Assembly: GCA_002269645.1 (NCBI GenBank)
Contig: NIVC01000291.1
Coordinates: 682,001 to 746,000 of the forward strand
Reading direction: 5' to 3'
Origin: Macrostomum lignano
Taxonomy: Eukaryota
Length of the DNA stretch: 64,000 bases
Shown here: positions 51,481 through 63,193 of the stretch, one piece after another
Numbering within the stretch: position 1 is the first letter of the stretch
Layout: each line of letters begins with the position of its first letter
Notes under the pieces: generated by a model
The model's input: the letters and a program-made list of their open reading frames with translations, nothing else
Databases searched by the model: none
What the model was told of the DNA's origin: nothing
Made by a program: the position numbers and the translations under genes

Positions 51481-54213
51481 ATGGAGACTGGCTTCAAGCG
51501 TCGGAACTTGAAGATTCTGGGCTCTCTGCTGATTGCCGCAGTTGTTGGGGTAAGAAACTTGAGCGAAAGTAAAAGCGACTGGTTACTCAGTTGACTGAGT
51601 TATTGAGTAAACTGGATTACGTACTTTTCAGACTTTGCTCTCAGGTGTGCTCAAACAGTGCACTAGTTCAAACTGTACTGTCAAAAGATCGCAAGTTCTG
51701 GGCTACAAAGCAATGTCCAAAGCACAATCGGTCCTCAAAAACGTTTCCTCTGTGCCAAAAATTCTTCACCAAGTGTTCGCAAGCGAGCGAGTCTATGCAA
51801 ACTACTTGCCCTTTGTCAACAGCTGCCTTAGCCGCAACCCTGACTGGCAGTACTACCTGTGGACCGACAAGACAGCCGAGAAGCTCATTGTCGATCGGTA
51901 CCCGGAGTTCCTGGCCAAATACAAGCAGTACACCGACAACTTGGAGAAGGCCGATTCTATCCGGTACATCGTGCTTCATCATATGGGCGGTGAGTGCTAA
52001 GCCGCTCGAAGGGTCCCGCAGTACTCGTAACTTCGTTCAGAGAAATGCTCATTGAGGAAGGAGTATAGCTATATTAGCAGTATGCGAAGTATGTCCCTAT
52101 GTGTATGCATGCACTGAATCGCTCAAACAGGCATTTACCTGGACATGGACGTCGAATGCATCAGGCCATTTTTCCCGGCTCTGGAGGGTATCCAGGCCTT
52201 CCTCGACCAGGAGCGGCCGGAGCAGACCAACATTGGCCTGGCCCAGCGCTACTCGGCCATGAACTCGGCCATGGGCGCCCGGCCGGGCCATCCGTTCTTC
52301 CGGCACGTCATCGACCAGCTGCGGGCCGGAACTCGAGTCGGCGAAGCGCTGCGAACCACCGGCCCGCTGGCGCTGACCTCCGCACTCGAGTCCTACAGGC
52401 AAGTTCGAGCGGCTGCCGACGTGAAACTCCTGGATCCCAAGGTGTTTTCTCCGCTGATGGTCGATATGAACAAATGGAAGAAGATATGTCGACATCTTCG
52501 TAAGTGTCGTGATTTTGGTCGGTTTGGGACCCTGCGGAACAACAAGTGCAGAATAACAAGTGCAGAATAACAAGTGCAGAATAACAAGTGCGGAATAACA
52601 AGTGCAGAATAACAAGTGCAGAATAACAAGTGCAGAATAACAAGTGCGGAATAACAAGTGCAGAATAACAAGTGCAGAATAACAAGTGCGGAATAACAAG
52701 TGCAGAATAACAAGTGCAGAATAACAAGTGCAGAATAACAAGTGCAGAATAACAAGTGCAGAATAACAAGTGCAGAAATGCTTTACGCATGCGAACAGCT
52801 ACATGTTAGCCCAGCGGACAGGGGAAACAAATTAATGTGAAAACTCGAACTGGAACATATTGCTGATCACGAGCGAGGCTTCAACAATTTTGTGTGCGAG
52901 TTTGTGCCAAAGAATAATTGCAGAGCTCCAAAAGCGTCTGGAACAGAAGTCTCCAAAGGGGGTCGCCATAGATTTTATTGTGGGGGGACAAAGCCGAGAA
53001 TTCTACATGAATAAACTCCTTCATTATTTAAGGAATAGGTGGTGTTGTTGGCATTCAATTTGGCCACACAGACAGGCACTCATTTTGACACCACAGACAG
53101 GCACTCATTTTGGCGCCACAGACAGGCACTCATTTTGGCGCCACAGACAGGCACTCATTTTGACCCCACAGACAGGCACTCATTTTGGCGCCACAGACAG
53201 GCACTCATTTTGACCCCACAGACAGGCACTCATTTTGACCCCACAGACAGGCACTAACTTTGGCGCCACAGACAGGCACCAGACAGGCACTCATTTTGGC
53301 GCTACAGACAGGCACTCATTTTGACCCCACAGACAGGCACTCATTTTGGCGCCACAGACAGGCACTCATTTTGGCGCCACAGACAGGCACTCATTTTGAC
53401 CCCACAGACAGGCAATCATTTTGGCGCCACAGACAGGCACTCATTTTGGCGCCACAGACAGGCACTCATTTTGACACCACAGACAGGCACTCATTTTGAC
53501 CCCACAGACAGGCACTAACTTTGGCGCCACAGACAGGTACCAGACAGGCACTCATTTTGGCGCCACAGACAGGCACTCATTTTGGCGCCACAGACAGGCA
53601 CTCATTTTGGCGCCACAGACAGGCACTCACTTTGACACCACAGACAGGCACTCATTTTGGCGCCACAGACAGGCAGTCATTTTGGCGCCAAGCGCACAAT
53701 GCTTTGGTGCCCTGAAGTACAATTATTGATTTCCATAACAGGTGAAAAGGTGGGGCGAGGGACAAAGCATTGGCATGTCCCCCATAGCTTTTACTGGGGT
53801 TTTGGCTGGGATTTTCAAGACTCTTGTATTACGAGAATATATTTTTTGTGAAAAAATTTTCGAATCCATTCTAGACTTTTCCAAGAACATGCTGGATTAT
53901 TATTATTTCTTTTTTAGGGTCTTACTGTAAGTAGGCTGAAACACATTTTTATCGACCGCAGATAATTTTAATTTCATTGCCAGTTTTGTCCGCCAAGTGG
54001 TCGAGCTCTTCTCGCTGGTCGCTGCAGCAGCGCGGCTGCGTCCAGCTCCAGGCCAAGGGGTGGCGCGCGGACGACAGCAACGGCAGCACTATCGGGCTGC
54101 ACCGCTTCCTGCACCTCGGCTACGACTGGATCGCCGGCAAGCAGCGACTGCCGCCCGTCAGCCTGACGAAGGCCTTTCCGGGCAGAGTGAAATTCTACGG
54201 CGGGTCTGCGTGA
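51481..54213 (+). CDS. GT32 glycosyltransferase copy C (most divergent), 341 aa; exons 51481-51549, 51632-51989, 52131-52499, 53984-54213
   Basis: METGFKRRNLKILGSLLIAAVVG/TLLSG (transmembrane), then VPKILHQVF...CLSRNPDWQYYLWTD...EKADSIRYIVLHHMGG/IYLDMDVEC...NSAMGARPGHPFF...TTGPLAL.../HRFLHLGY. Same intron positions and phases (0, 1, 1) as the other copies. Confidence 0.9.
52538..52776. repeat. 14-bp minisatellite (AACAAGTGCAGAAT)n in intron 3 of GT32-C
   Basis: Direct observation, ~17 copies. Confidence 0.95.
53063..53690. repeat. 25-bp minisatellite in intron 3 of GT32-C
   Basis: CACAGACAGGCACTCATTTTG(GCGC/ACCC) units. Confidence 0.95.
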
Positions 54214-54471
54214 GGCCACCTCGCAAACTTGAAATGTCAGCTCGCGTGCTGGCGACTCAGAAGACAAATTGTCGATTCAAAGCCCGTTCGGCCAGTCGCT
54301 GCCGAAATTCAACTTAAAGTTTCATGAGAATGTGTACATACGGTACGAGCGTATTACTCATTTGACCCGCTAGGCTGCAGACGGGTGCAATTTGCTCTTC
54401 GCAGCATTTTTGCTTTTTTTAGACTCAGACGCCAAATTTTAGCGACTTGATTTCAAATATCAGATAACTCC

Positions 54472-57033
54472 TTAACCTTATGATTACCAGTGGCATGCTG
54501 TGCATGCCATCGTTCATTCTGTCAATTGACCATAGACAGATTTGAAGTCGGTGGGAAAGCGAGTTTAGACAGAATCATTGTGTCATGCTGTACGCTCATT
54601 ATTCCACGCTTAGGAATCATTATTTTAGGCTTCTAAAAATACATTCATGAGACAATGTGTTTGTGTATATGGTTTTGTCATAGACAATGATAAATTTTAG
54701 TCACTCGTGGCTTCGCCACTCGTGAAAAATTTATCATTGTCTACCTCCAAAACCATATACACAATCTATCATTGTCTGACTCAACCAGATGGAATGCTAC
54801 CTGGTATGCATGCCAAGGTCAAAAACTGCTTGTATTGTCATATTGCGTCGCAGTGTAACGAAACAAATAGAAAACAACATACATTGTATGTACAAAAGTA
54901 AATCTTAAGAACATAAAGGCAAATGAAGCTGCATGCAAGTGAATGAAAAGAATGCTAGCAACAGTTCGATTGCAGTTTCAGCAAAGCGCCAGCAATCAGT
55001 TAGCCGAGTGCCACTCAAAGAAGCACGGCTCAAGGCAAAGCCCAGGCTGACCGTCACAACCTTGGCAGAAGTAGACGGTCCGCTTTTTCAGTCTGCGCTG
55101 CAGGTAACAAACTCGGCAACGCTTGGTAGGCCGTTCTTGTGCTACGGTAGCGGGTAGCTTTTCCAGCCGGTGATGGATGTCTCTGGACTTAACCTGGATG
55201 GACTTAACTCTGGATCGACCATTTTCACTGCTTTCAATCAAGTGCCTTACACACCTTTCAGTGTAGTTGAGAAAGCTCATGGATCCACCTAGATGCCGGT
55301 ACACAATCCAGGAGTTGCGAACCAGTTGCTGTAGCAGAAACACCGCTAGCTTTACGAACTATTTGTGCGTTCGGCGACATGCGCTGTAAGGCTGGGCTGC
55401 GGCATCCATCCGATCCACACCTCCCATGTTCTGATTATATTGCAACATCGAGTTGGGCTTCAGCAGCTGTTGCTCCACACCACCGCGCAGTACCCGGCTA
55501 ACCAAAGAGCTAGCAGCTGTTGAAGCGGAGTCCAACAGATAGACAGTCTTTGTTCCTGAGCTTTGCCTGTCAACCAGCTTCACAGCGAGGATGTCACCAT
55601 GTCGGGCAAAGGAATGACTCGGTGGTTGCAAGAGCATATCTCGCAGAATCGGTGGAACGCCTCGGTCTTTGCGAACGGTCCCAGTTAAGGTTGTTCCTCG
55701 GGTCAGAAGGAACTTGGCCAGTCTCACTGATGAAAACCAACTGTCGCAAAAGACCCGATATCCAAAGTTCAATAGATAGACAAAGTTCTACGACGACTCT
55801 CTCACTGATTGAGAGCTGCGGCACATCGTTGCCGAACTGTTCATTTGCAATGGTGGTTGAATGTATCCGACAGTTCCACATGTAGCCTGTAGAAGACTCT
55901 GTAAGGCAGTACAACTTGATGCCAAACTTGGCTCTCTTGTTGGGCATGTACTGCTTAAAAATCAGCCTCCCTTTATAGAGCAGCAGCGCTTCATCAACGG
56001 CAATGCTTTGACCGGGCAGGTAGCTGTTCTTGCAAACAGTCTGGACCATGTCTAGGAAAGGCCTGATCTTGCACAAGGGATCATCAGCGTCGAAGTCAAG
56101 ACATTCATCGCAACGCAGCCATGTCATGATTTGTTGAAACCGCGAGCGAGGAAGCATCTTCATGCTTTGAAAGTAGGGATGAAAGTAGAACGGGTCCGTG
56201 GACCAGTAAGCCGTCACCTCCGGTTTCTGTACAACTCCGGTATATAATATAACGCCGATCACCTTCTTCATCTCAGAAACAGTGCAGGGCTTCCACGTTC
56301 TGAGCCCGTAAGGCAGTTCATCATCTCCGTGTTCTTCTTGAAACTTGGCAATATCCAGCTGCGCTCTCTTGTTTGTCCACATGCACATCTGAAGCAGCAA
56401 CTCATCGGGTAGAAACTGCTCGAAAATGGCTGTCCAGCCGTCGTCAACATCAGCAGGTACGGAGAATCCCGGATTGACTCCGTTTGCCCCGAGGAACTCG
56501 GGAAGAGAATTAGCTCGAGCATCGGTCTCTGGAGTTACTGATCTCCAATCATCGTGCATCATTCCCTGATCGTCTTCCTCCGGTCCATCGTTGCCTTCTT
56601 GATTTTCGCCACCGTCCTCTCCCTCGCTCTCAGCAGTGACAAATGAGTCATCGCTCGACTCATCGCTCGATTCGCTGTCGAGGCCCAAGTTTTGCAAGGC
56701 TTGCTTGGCTGCTTGCCGTCGCTGTCTGACCGCTTGCATTGTTGATTTGGTAAGCTGGGGTGGTGAGCTAAGGAGGCACCAGTAAAAATTCTTGAAGTTA
56801 ACTTTTCGCGCCTGTATTTGCTCTCTCTTGACTTTTTTCTAGCTTGGCCATAGACTATACTCCAGTCAAAGATGTCACTTCTCCTGTTGAGAAAGCGTTT
56901 TCTTGCCTGTCCATAATAAAGCAACTGTTTTGGAATTCTAAGTGTACAGCGCAGATATAAATTGTCTATGGCATGTCCATATCATGCAAGATAGAAATGT
57001 GGGGAAGGAATTCTGTCGTAAACAAGTGGTTAA
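54472..57033 (-). mobile_element. piggyBac (PGBD4-like) DNA transposon, ~2.56 kb, TTAA-flanked
   Basis: TTAA|CCACTTGTTTAC (read inward from 57033) and TTAA|CCTTATGATTAC (54472) form short imperfect TIRs. The left boundary is less certain than the right. Confidence 0.7.
54996..56739 (-). pseudogene. piggyBac transposase with one frameshift (~55775) and one in-frame stop (55359-55361)
   Basis: DDD triad contexts IAVDEALLLYKGR, FCDSWFS and MGGVDRMD; QYMPNKRAKFGIKLYCL; RRTHK*FVKL where the consensus has W (TGG to TAG); C-terminal CRD RCRVC...CQGC...LCLEPCFFEWH. Confidence 0.93.
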
Positions 57034-57309
57034 AAATTGCTTATTCTATTTTTACTTTTTAAGATGGGGTACGAGCTAAGGCAGCCATCTCTGCCATCGA
57101 ATTACATCTCAACTCAGAGCTCTCAGTTCATTCAGCCAAATTGAATTCTGAATGAACACCTGTTTATATATAGCTTTTGCTCACGCATCCTCCCTAGACT
57201 TGAATTTTTGTCATCTATTGAAAACAAACCCTATACCTAGCTACAAATCAGATCGAGAATCGCGAGAGCAGAGGGCTCATCTCTGTTGCTGCTTGCTAAC
57301 CATGAAACT

Positions 57310-58005
57310 CAAGGACGACTTAAGTAGAAGGACGGGAAACCTCGTTTCTTAGAAAAGTTTTGAAGGCACTTTTTCCCGTAAAAATACACTACGGAGATAG
57401 GAAGTTTTCATTTTTTCAGCACAAAAATTGTTATTGCGTTTGATAGGAGGCAGATCCAGTGTTCATCTTTTGATATGTTGTGCCTTTTTTATTGCTCTAT
57501 CGATATTTATAAAGCTTTTCGTTCAGAAAATTAGGATTCTATGTTAATTTTTTATTCTACGTATATTTCCTGTATCTAAAAATCACAAAAATGCATGGCA
57601 CAGCTCCAATCTTTGGTTTTATGAATCTAGTTTATCATCTGTTACAAATATTTGCTACACAGTCGGGTAAGAATGATAAAATAGACTCATGAAGCTAAAG
57701 AGCCGAGCCGTGGCATTCTAATGTATTTCAAGCACAAGACACGCGAAAATATACGTAGAATAAAAAATTAACATAGAATCCTAATTTTCTGAACGAAAAG
57801 CTTTATAAATATCGATAGAGCAATAAAAAAGGCACAACATATCAAAAGATGAACACTGGATCTGCCTCCTATCAAACGCAATAACAATTTTTGTGCTGAA
57901 AAAATGAAAACTTCCTATCTCCGTAGTGTATTTTTACGGGAAAAAGTGCCTTCAAAACTTTTCTAAGAAACGAGGTTTCCCGTCCTTCTACTTAAGTCGT
58001 CCTTG
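57310..58005. mobile_element. 696-bp fold-back MITE: 259-bp near-perfect TIRs, CAAGG termini, 8-bp TSD (P-superfamily-like)
   Basis: Arms 57310-57568 and 57747-58005 are reverse complements. ATGAAACT is duplicated at 57302-57309 and 58006-58013. Confidence 0.9.
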
Positions 58006-58049
58006 ATGAAACTGTGCTGCTCACGTGACATACTGCGGTAACCGTGTAC

Positions 58050-59235
58050 TGTTCCAGGCACTGGGAGTGGCTGGAGGTGTCTCTGTGTGTGCACTGGGAG
58101 TGGCTGGAGGTGTCTCTGTGTGTGCACTGGGAGTGGATGGAGGTGTCTGTGTGTGCACTGGGGGTGGATGGAGGTGTCTGTGTGTGCACTGGGAGTGGAT
58201 GGAGGTGTCTGTGTGTGCACTGGGGGTGGATGGCAGGTCTCTGTGTGTGCACTGGGAGTGGATGGAGGTGTCTGCGTGTGCACTGGGGGTGGATGGCAGG
58301 TGTCTCTGTGTGTGCACTGGGAGTGGCTGGAGGTGTCTCTGTGTGTGCACTGGGAGTGGATGGAGGTGTCTGCGTGTGTGCACTGGGAGTGGCTGGAGGT
58401 GTCTCTGTGTGTGCACTGGGAGTGGCTGGAGGTGTCTCTGTGTGTGCACTGGGAGTGGATGGAGGTGTCTCTGTGTACACCGGGAGTGGATGGAGGTGTC
58501 TGTGTGTGCACTGGGGGTGGATGGCAGGTCTCTGTGTGTGCACTGGGAGTGGATGGAGGTGTCTGCGTGTGCACTGGGGGTGGATGGCAGGTGTCTCTGT
58601 GTGTGCACTGGGAGTGGCTGGAGGTGTCTCTGTGTGTGCACTGGGAGTGGCTGGAGGTGTCTCTGTGTGTGCACTGGGAGTGGATGGAGGTGTCTGCGTG
58701 TGTGCACTGGGAGTGGCTGGAGGTGTCTCTGTGTGTGCACTGGGAGTGGCTGGAGGTGTCTCTGTGTGTGCACTGGGAGTGGATGGAGGTGTCTCTGTGT
58801 ACACCGGGAGTGGATGGAGGTGTCTGTGTGTGTACACCGGGAGTGGATGGAGGTGTCTCTGTGTACACCGGGAGTGGATGGAGGTGTCTGTGTGTGCACT
58901 GGGGGTGGATGGCAGGTCTCTGTGTGTGCACTGGGAGTGGATGGAGGTGTCTGCGTGTGCACTGGGGGTGGATGGCAGGTGTCTCTGTGTGTGCACTGGG
59001 AGTGGCTGGAGGTGTCTCTGTGTGTGCACTGGGAGTGGCTGGAGGTGTCTCTGTGTGTGCACTGGGAGTGGATGGAGGTGTCTGCGTGTGTGCACTGGGA
59101 GTGGCTGGAGGTGTCTCTGTGTGTGCACTGGGAGTGGATGGCAGGTGTCTTTGTGTGCACTGGGAGTGGATGGCAGGTGTCTTTGTGTGCACTGGGAGTG
59201 GATGGCAGGTGTCTGTGTGTGCACTGGGAGTGGCT
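58050..59235. repeat. ~30-bp GT-rich minisatellite with higher-order structure
   Basis: GTGTGCACTGGGAGTGG[A/C]TGGAGGTGTCT[CT] units, which explain the six long ORFs in this interval. Confidence 0.95.
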
Positions 59236-59763
59236 GTTCCGAATGAAAAGGAAAAATCATTAAAATTGCGGCAGTATTTCTGGTGCTTTCTAGACCCATG
59301 CTGTGAGCTGATTTGAATAGGTGTTATGGAAAGCTAGGATGCTGCATTGGGGAGCGGAAAAGTGACTGTGCAGTATTCCTGCACTTCATTCTATTTCAAT
59401 CTGACTGTACGCTGTTGGTGTGTAAGAGATTTTCTGTGTGGAAGAGAACTTACTAGGGTGAGCGCATCTAGCTTTGCTGAGTCAGGGAAGGGATTTCCTG
59501 GCAAGGTTGCTAATGGGAGCATATTGTGTCGATATAAGGCCTTTCAGCAGCACAGCACTCCCCAGCCAAGAGTGCGCAGGCAGTCATAGCGATTGGGGAG
59601 TGTGCTGGTGGGAGGTGGAGGCTTATTGAGTGTCAAAGTAGAGCTTAAACTTGCGAGTCAATGCCGGCTCACCCTCCGAGCAGCCTCACCCTAAGCGTAG
59701 AAGTCTGAGTCTCATCTCAATTGTGGTTCTAGTCAAGAAAATATTTCTAACGGCTTTGGCAAG

Positions 59764-62100
59764 ATGCCCCGACGCATTCTTCGCCTCACCGGCGTCGCTG
59801 CTATTCTCGTGAGTAATTCCTGAGCAGGCTTGCCGTAGCAATAAATCACAAATAACTCCATCCGAGATAGCAGATAGATACTCACTGAAGGTCACTCTGC
59901 CGTGTGACCAGCAGTTCCCATTAGTTTGACCGCAACTATATGTCATGGACACTATCTAATCATTGTGAGTTCTCCCTCTCAGCCATCTCTTCCCCTTTTT
60001 TCCAAAAATTCTGTTGAGAAATTCATGTTTCTTTTTGGCCTCCAGCATCGTCATCTGGTCATCCTGGGCCGAGTAGAATTCACGCTAGAATAAGCTGCAT
60101 CTGTCTTCTGAAGCAAGATCCAGCACGTCCAGTGGAACATACTCAGGCTTTTTTTAATTCGATTCCGTTGGTAATTTTGGCTGCTGCACCCCGCCGGCTC
60201 ACAAATTTAGGCATGCAGCGCAATAATCGGATTCGAACTGCTGCTCTGGCAGCCAAGCAAGCCACGGCTTCAGAGTGGCAGCGCGAAGGTGGCCGATAAT
60301 CAGGAGCCTCGGTATGGAGCGATACCGAAGATTCTTCACCAGACCTTCGAGACTCGGAAGGTGTTCAACGAGTACAGGAAGTACATTGAGCGCTGCCTCA
60401 AGCTGAACCCCGACTGGGAGTACTACCTGTGGACGGACGAGGACATTGTGGCTTTCATCAGCGACTATTACCCGTTCTTCATGCGAAAGTACCTTTCATT
60501 CCGGATGCACGTCCAGAGAGCAGACAGCATCCGCTACATGGTTCTGCATCACTTCGGAGGTGGGTGAAGCATCCTGCTTTAGAATGCCTCGAACCTCCAA
60601 TCACTATGAAAAAGTTCAATTTAGTTCATCGATATGACATTGAATACATATAGAGGTCATTGTTTCAGGAATTGAGATCAGAATGGGTTGGTGCGAGCTA
60701 GAGCCACTGTTCTAAGAATCTGGAAGGGAGATCAGTATGGGTTGGTGCGAGCTAGAGCCACTGTTCTAAGAATCTGGAAGCGAGATTAGTATGGGTTGGT
60801 GCGAGCTAGAGCCACTGTTCTAAGAATCTGGAAGGGAGATCAGTATGGGTTGGTACGAGCTAGAGCCACTGTTCTAAGAATCTGGAAGGGAGATCAGTAT
60901 GGGTTGGTGTGAGCTAGAGCCACTGTTCTAAGAATCTGGAAGGGAGATCAGTATGGGTTGGTGTGAGCTAGAGCCACTGTTCTAAGAATCTGGAAGCGAG
61001 ATTAGTATGGGTTGGTGCGAGCTAGAGCCACTGTTCTAAGAATCTGGAAGGGAGATCAGTATGGGTTGGTACGAGCTAGAGCCACTGTTCTAAGAATCTG
61101 GAAGGGAGATCAGTATGGGTTGGTGTGAGCTAGAGCCACTGTTCTAAGAATCTGGAAGGGAGATTAGTATGGGTTGGTGCGAACTAGAGCCACTGTTCTA
61201 AGAATCTGGAAGGGATATCAGTATGGTCTCCCGACGATGAGAGTTAGGGACTCTTGCTCGTACTCTACGAACAATACGAGCTAGAGCCACTGTTCTAAGA
61301 ATCTGGAAGGAGTTCGTTTCGCACAAATGTACAGAAGTGTCCTTTCCAGGCATCTACATCGACATGGACGTCGAGTGCGTGAAGCCGTTCTTCCCGAGCC
61401 TTGAAAACCTCACGGCCTTCGTGGATCAGGAGGCCAAGGAGCACGCTGTGATTCTCTACGGCAAGGACTTCAGCGCCATGAACAGCGCCATGGGATCCGT
61501 GCCCGGACATCCGTTCTTCCTGCGTCTCGTGTTCGCCATGATGGAAGTGGACGACAGTCAACATCGGGGAGACGCTTTAGCGACCACCGGTCCCCGTTTG
61601 CTCACCAGCCAGCTGCAGAGCTGGTGGGCTGACAATGCCACTAATCGGCACCAGGTGACGCTGCTGGATCCGCAGGTGTTCAGCCCAATTATTGACGACG
61701 AGGCGCATGACTTCAAGACCATGTGCAGGCTGCTGCATGCTTGTAAGTGTTTTCGAAGTTTTAACTTTCTCTAGAATAAACAAGTGCAGTAGCCGTAAAT
61801 GATAAATGGTTCGCTATTCAAAATATTTTAGCCACACCGAATCCAAAAGATGCAACTGCTCGGCGGGTTAAGGAGATGCAGTTGCAGCTGTGCAGGCGGT
61901 ACGCGGAGCGCAACTGGAGTCGCGACCTGACGGGCCCGGAAACAGTGGGCCGCCACCTCTTCCTGCACCTCGGCTACAGGTGGAATAATTGGTTGAAGTG
62001 GAAACAAAAGCACCTTCACGCCTACTTCAGCTTTTTCGACATTCAAGACGTCGCTAAGAATGTGAATTTCTACACACAGAAAAGGAATTCTACGCTTTAA
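59764..62100 (+). CDS. GT32 glycosyltransferase copy D, 351 aa; exons 59764-59808, 60211-60559, 61350-61742, 61832-62100
   Basis: MPRRILRLTGVAAIL|GTGAGT joins TTTAG|ACSAIIGFELLLW (transmembrane). IPKILHQTF...NPDWEYYLWTD...QRADSIRYMVLHHFGG/IYIDMDVEC.../RHLFLHLGY. Phases 0, 1, 1 and total 1056 nt. Confidence 0.88.
60675..61310. repeat. 54-bp minisatellite, ~10 copies, intron 2 of GT32-D
   Basis: GTATGGGTTGGTGCGAGCTAGAGCCACTGTTCTAAGAATCTGGAAGGGAGATCA units, with no spacers. Confidence 0.95.
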
Positions 62101-62299
62101 TAGGATTCTTTTTCTTTTAAAAAGTAAATTTTGGCTAATAAAGACAGCTAGCTGGTACTTTCACTTTAAAAAAACTGGATGCTCATTTCTCTATATCGAT
62201 CGAAGAAAGAGAATACATATTTTAGGTCGCGCATGAGATACGCAGTTTTGTGCGCTATTAATGACTAGTAGAAGGCATGAGGGGGCTTTTGGACAAAAT

Positions 62300-62540
62300 T
62301 TTTCACGTCCTCCATAATCCCATTAAATCCATCCATATTATCCCTGACAGAATCAGAAAAAAAGGGGGTCGCACTCGCTCCGAAAACGTCCTCCATAATC
62401 CACCTAAATCCATCCATATTATCCCCGACAGAATCAGAAAAAAGGGGGTCGCACTCGCTCACAAAACATCCTCCATAATCCTATTAAATCCATCCATATT
62501 ATCCCTGACAGAATCAGAGCATTATCCCTGACAGAATCAG
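62300..62540. repeat. Degenerate ~80-bp repeat, ~3 copies
   Basis: CCTCCATAATCC...AAATCCATCCATATTATCCC.GACAGAATCAG recurs three times. Confidence 0.8.
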
Positions 62541-63193
62541 AGCATAACAGTAGGACACCTGTTATGCTCACTGACACAGACATAATCCACTAACATCCAC
62601 CCATAGCATCTTCGAAACAATCTGAAAATAATCTGTATTCTTCTCCCCACATTCAATCCGCAACGTGCTACCACATCCCTAAAACTTTAAATCCCCTAAC
62701 CCAGGGTCCTTACCCATTGAAAAAAAATAAATAATTTTATTATTCATTAGTAAGAATTATATATTTATTAACGGTTGCACAGCTGATAGGATATGTATTA
62801 ACTATTACAAGAGTATCAAAAATGGTAGAAAAAACAGACACTATGTAGGATCTGCGTTAGAATTCTTCAACAACATACAGAGCCAGCCTAGCGTTCCTTT
62901 GAGCCAGCAGCTAGATTCTCTAACGCGTTAGAATTTTCTATGTGAAAATTTGGTGTGCCCAAGCTTATCATGCGGGAAGCTTTTCACATAGAAAATTCTA
63001 ACGGCGTTAGAATTTAAAACCCACCGACTGAGTTGCACACAGTACTGAGAAAATTGCTACCCTCCTCTACTTAACCAATCGGCTGTCTCCAGTTGTTGAA
63101 TCTTCTCTTTGAAATTCTAACGCGTTAGAAAAATTCTAAATGAACTGAATTTAAAAATTACACAACTTTCCACGCAGGATCACTGGCCAAAAT

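Noticed and set aside
57963-59316. Six ~400-aa ORFs
   Set aside because: Products of the ~30-bp GT-rich minisatellite.
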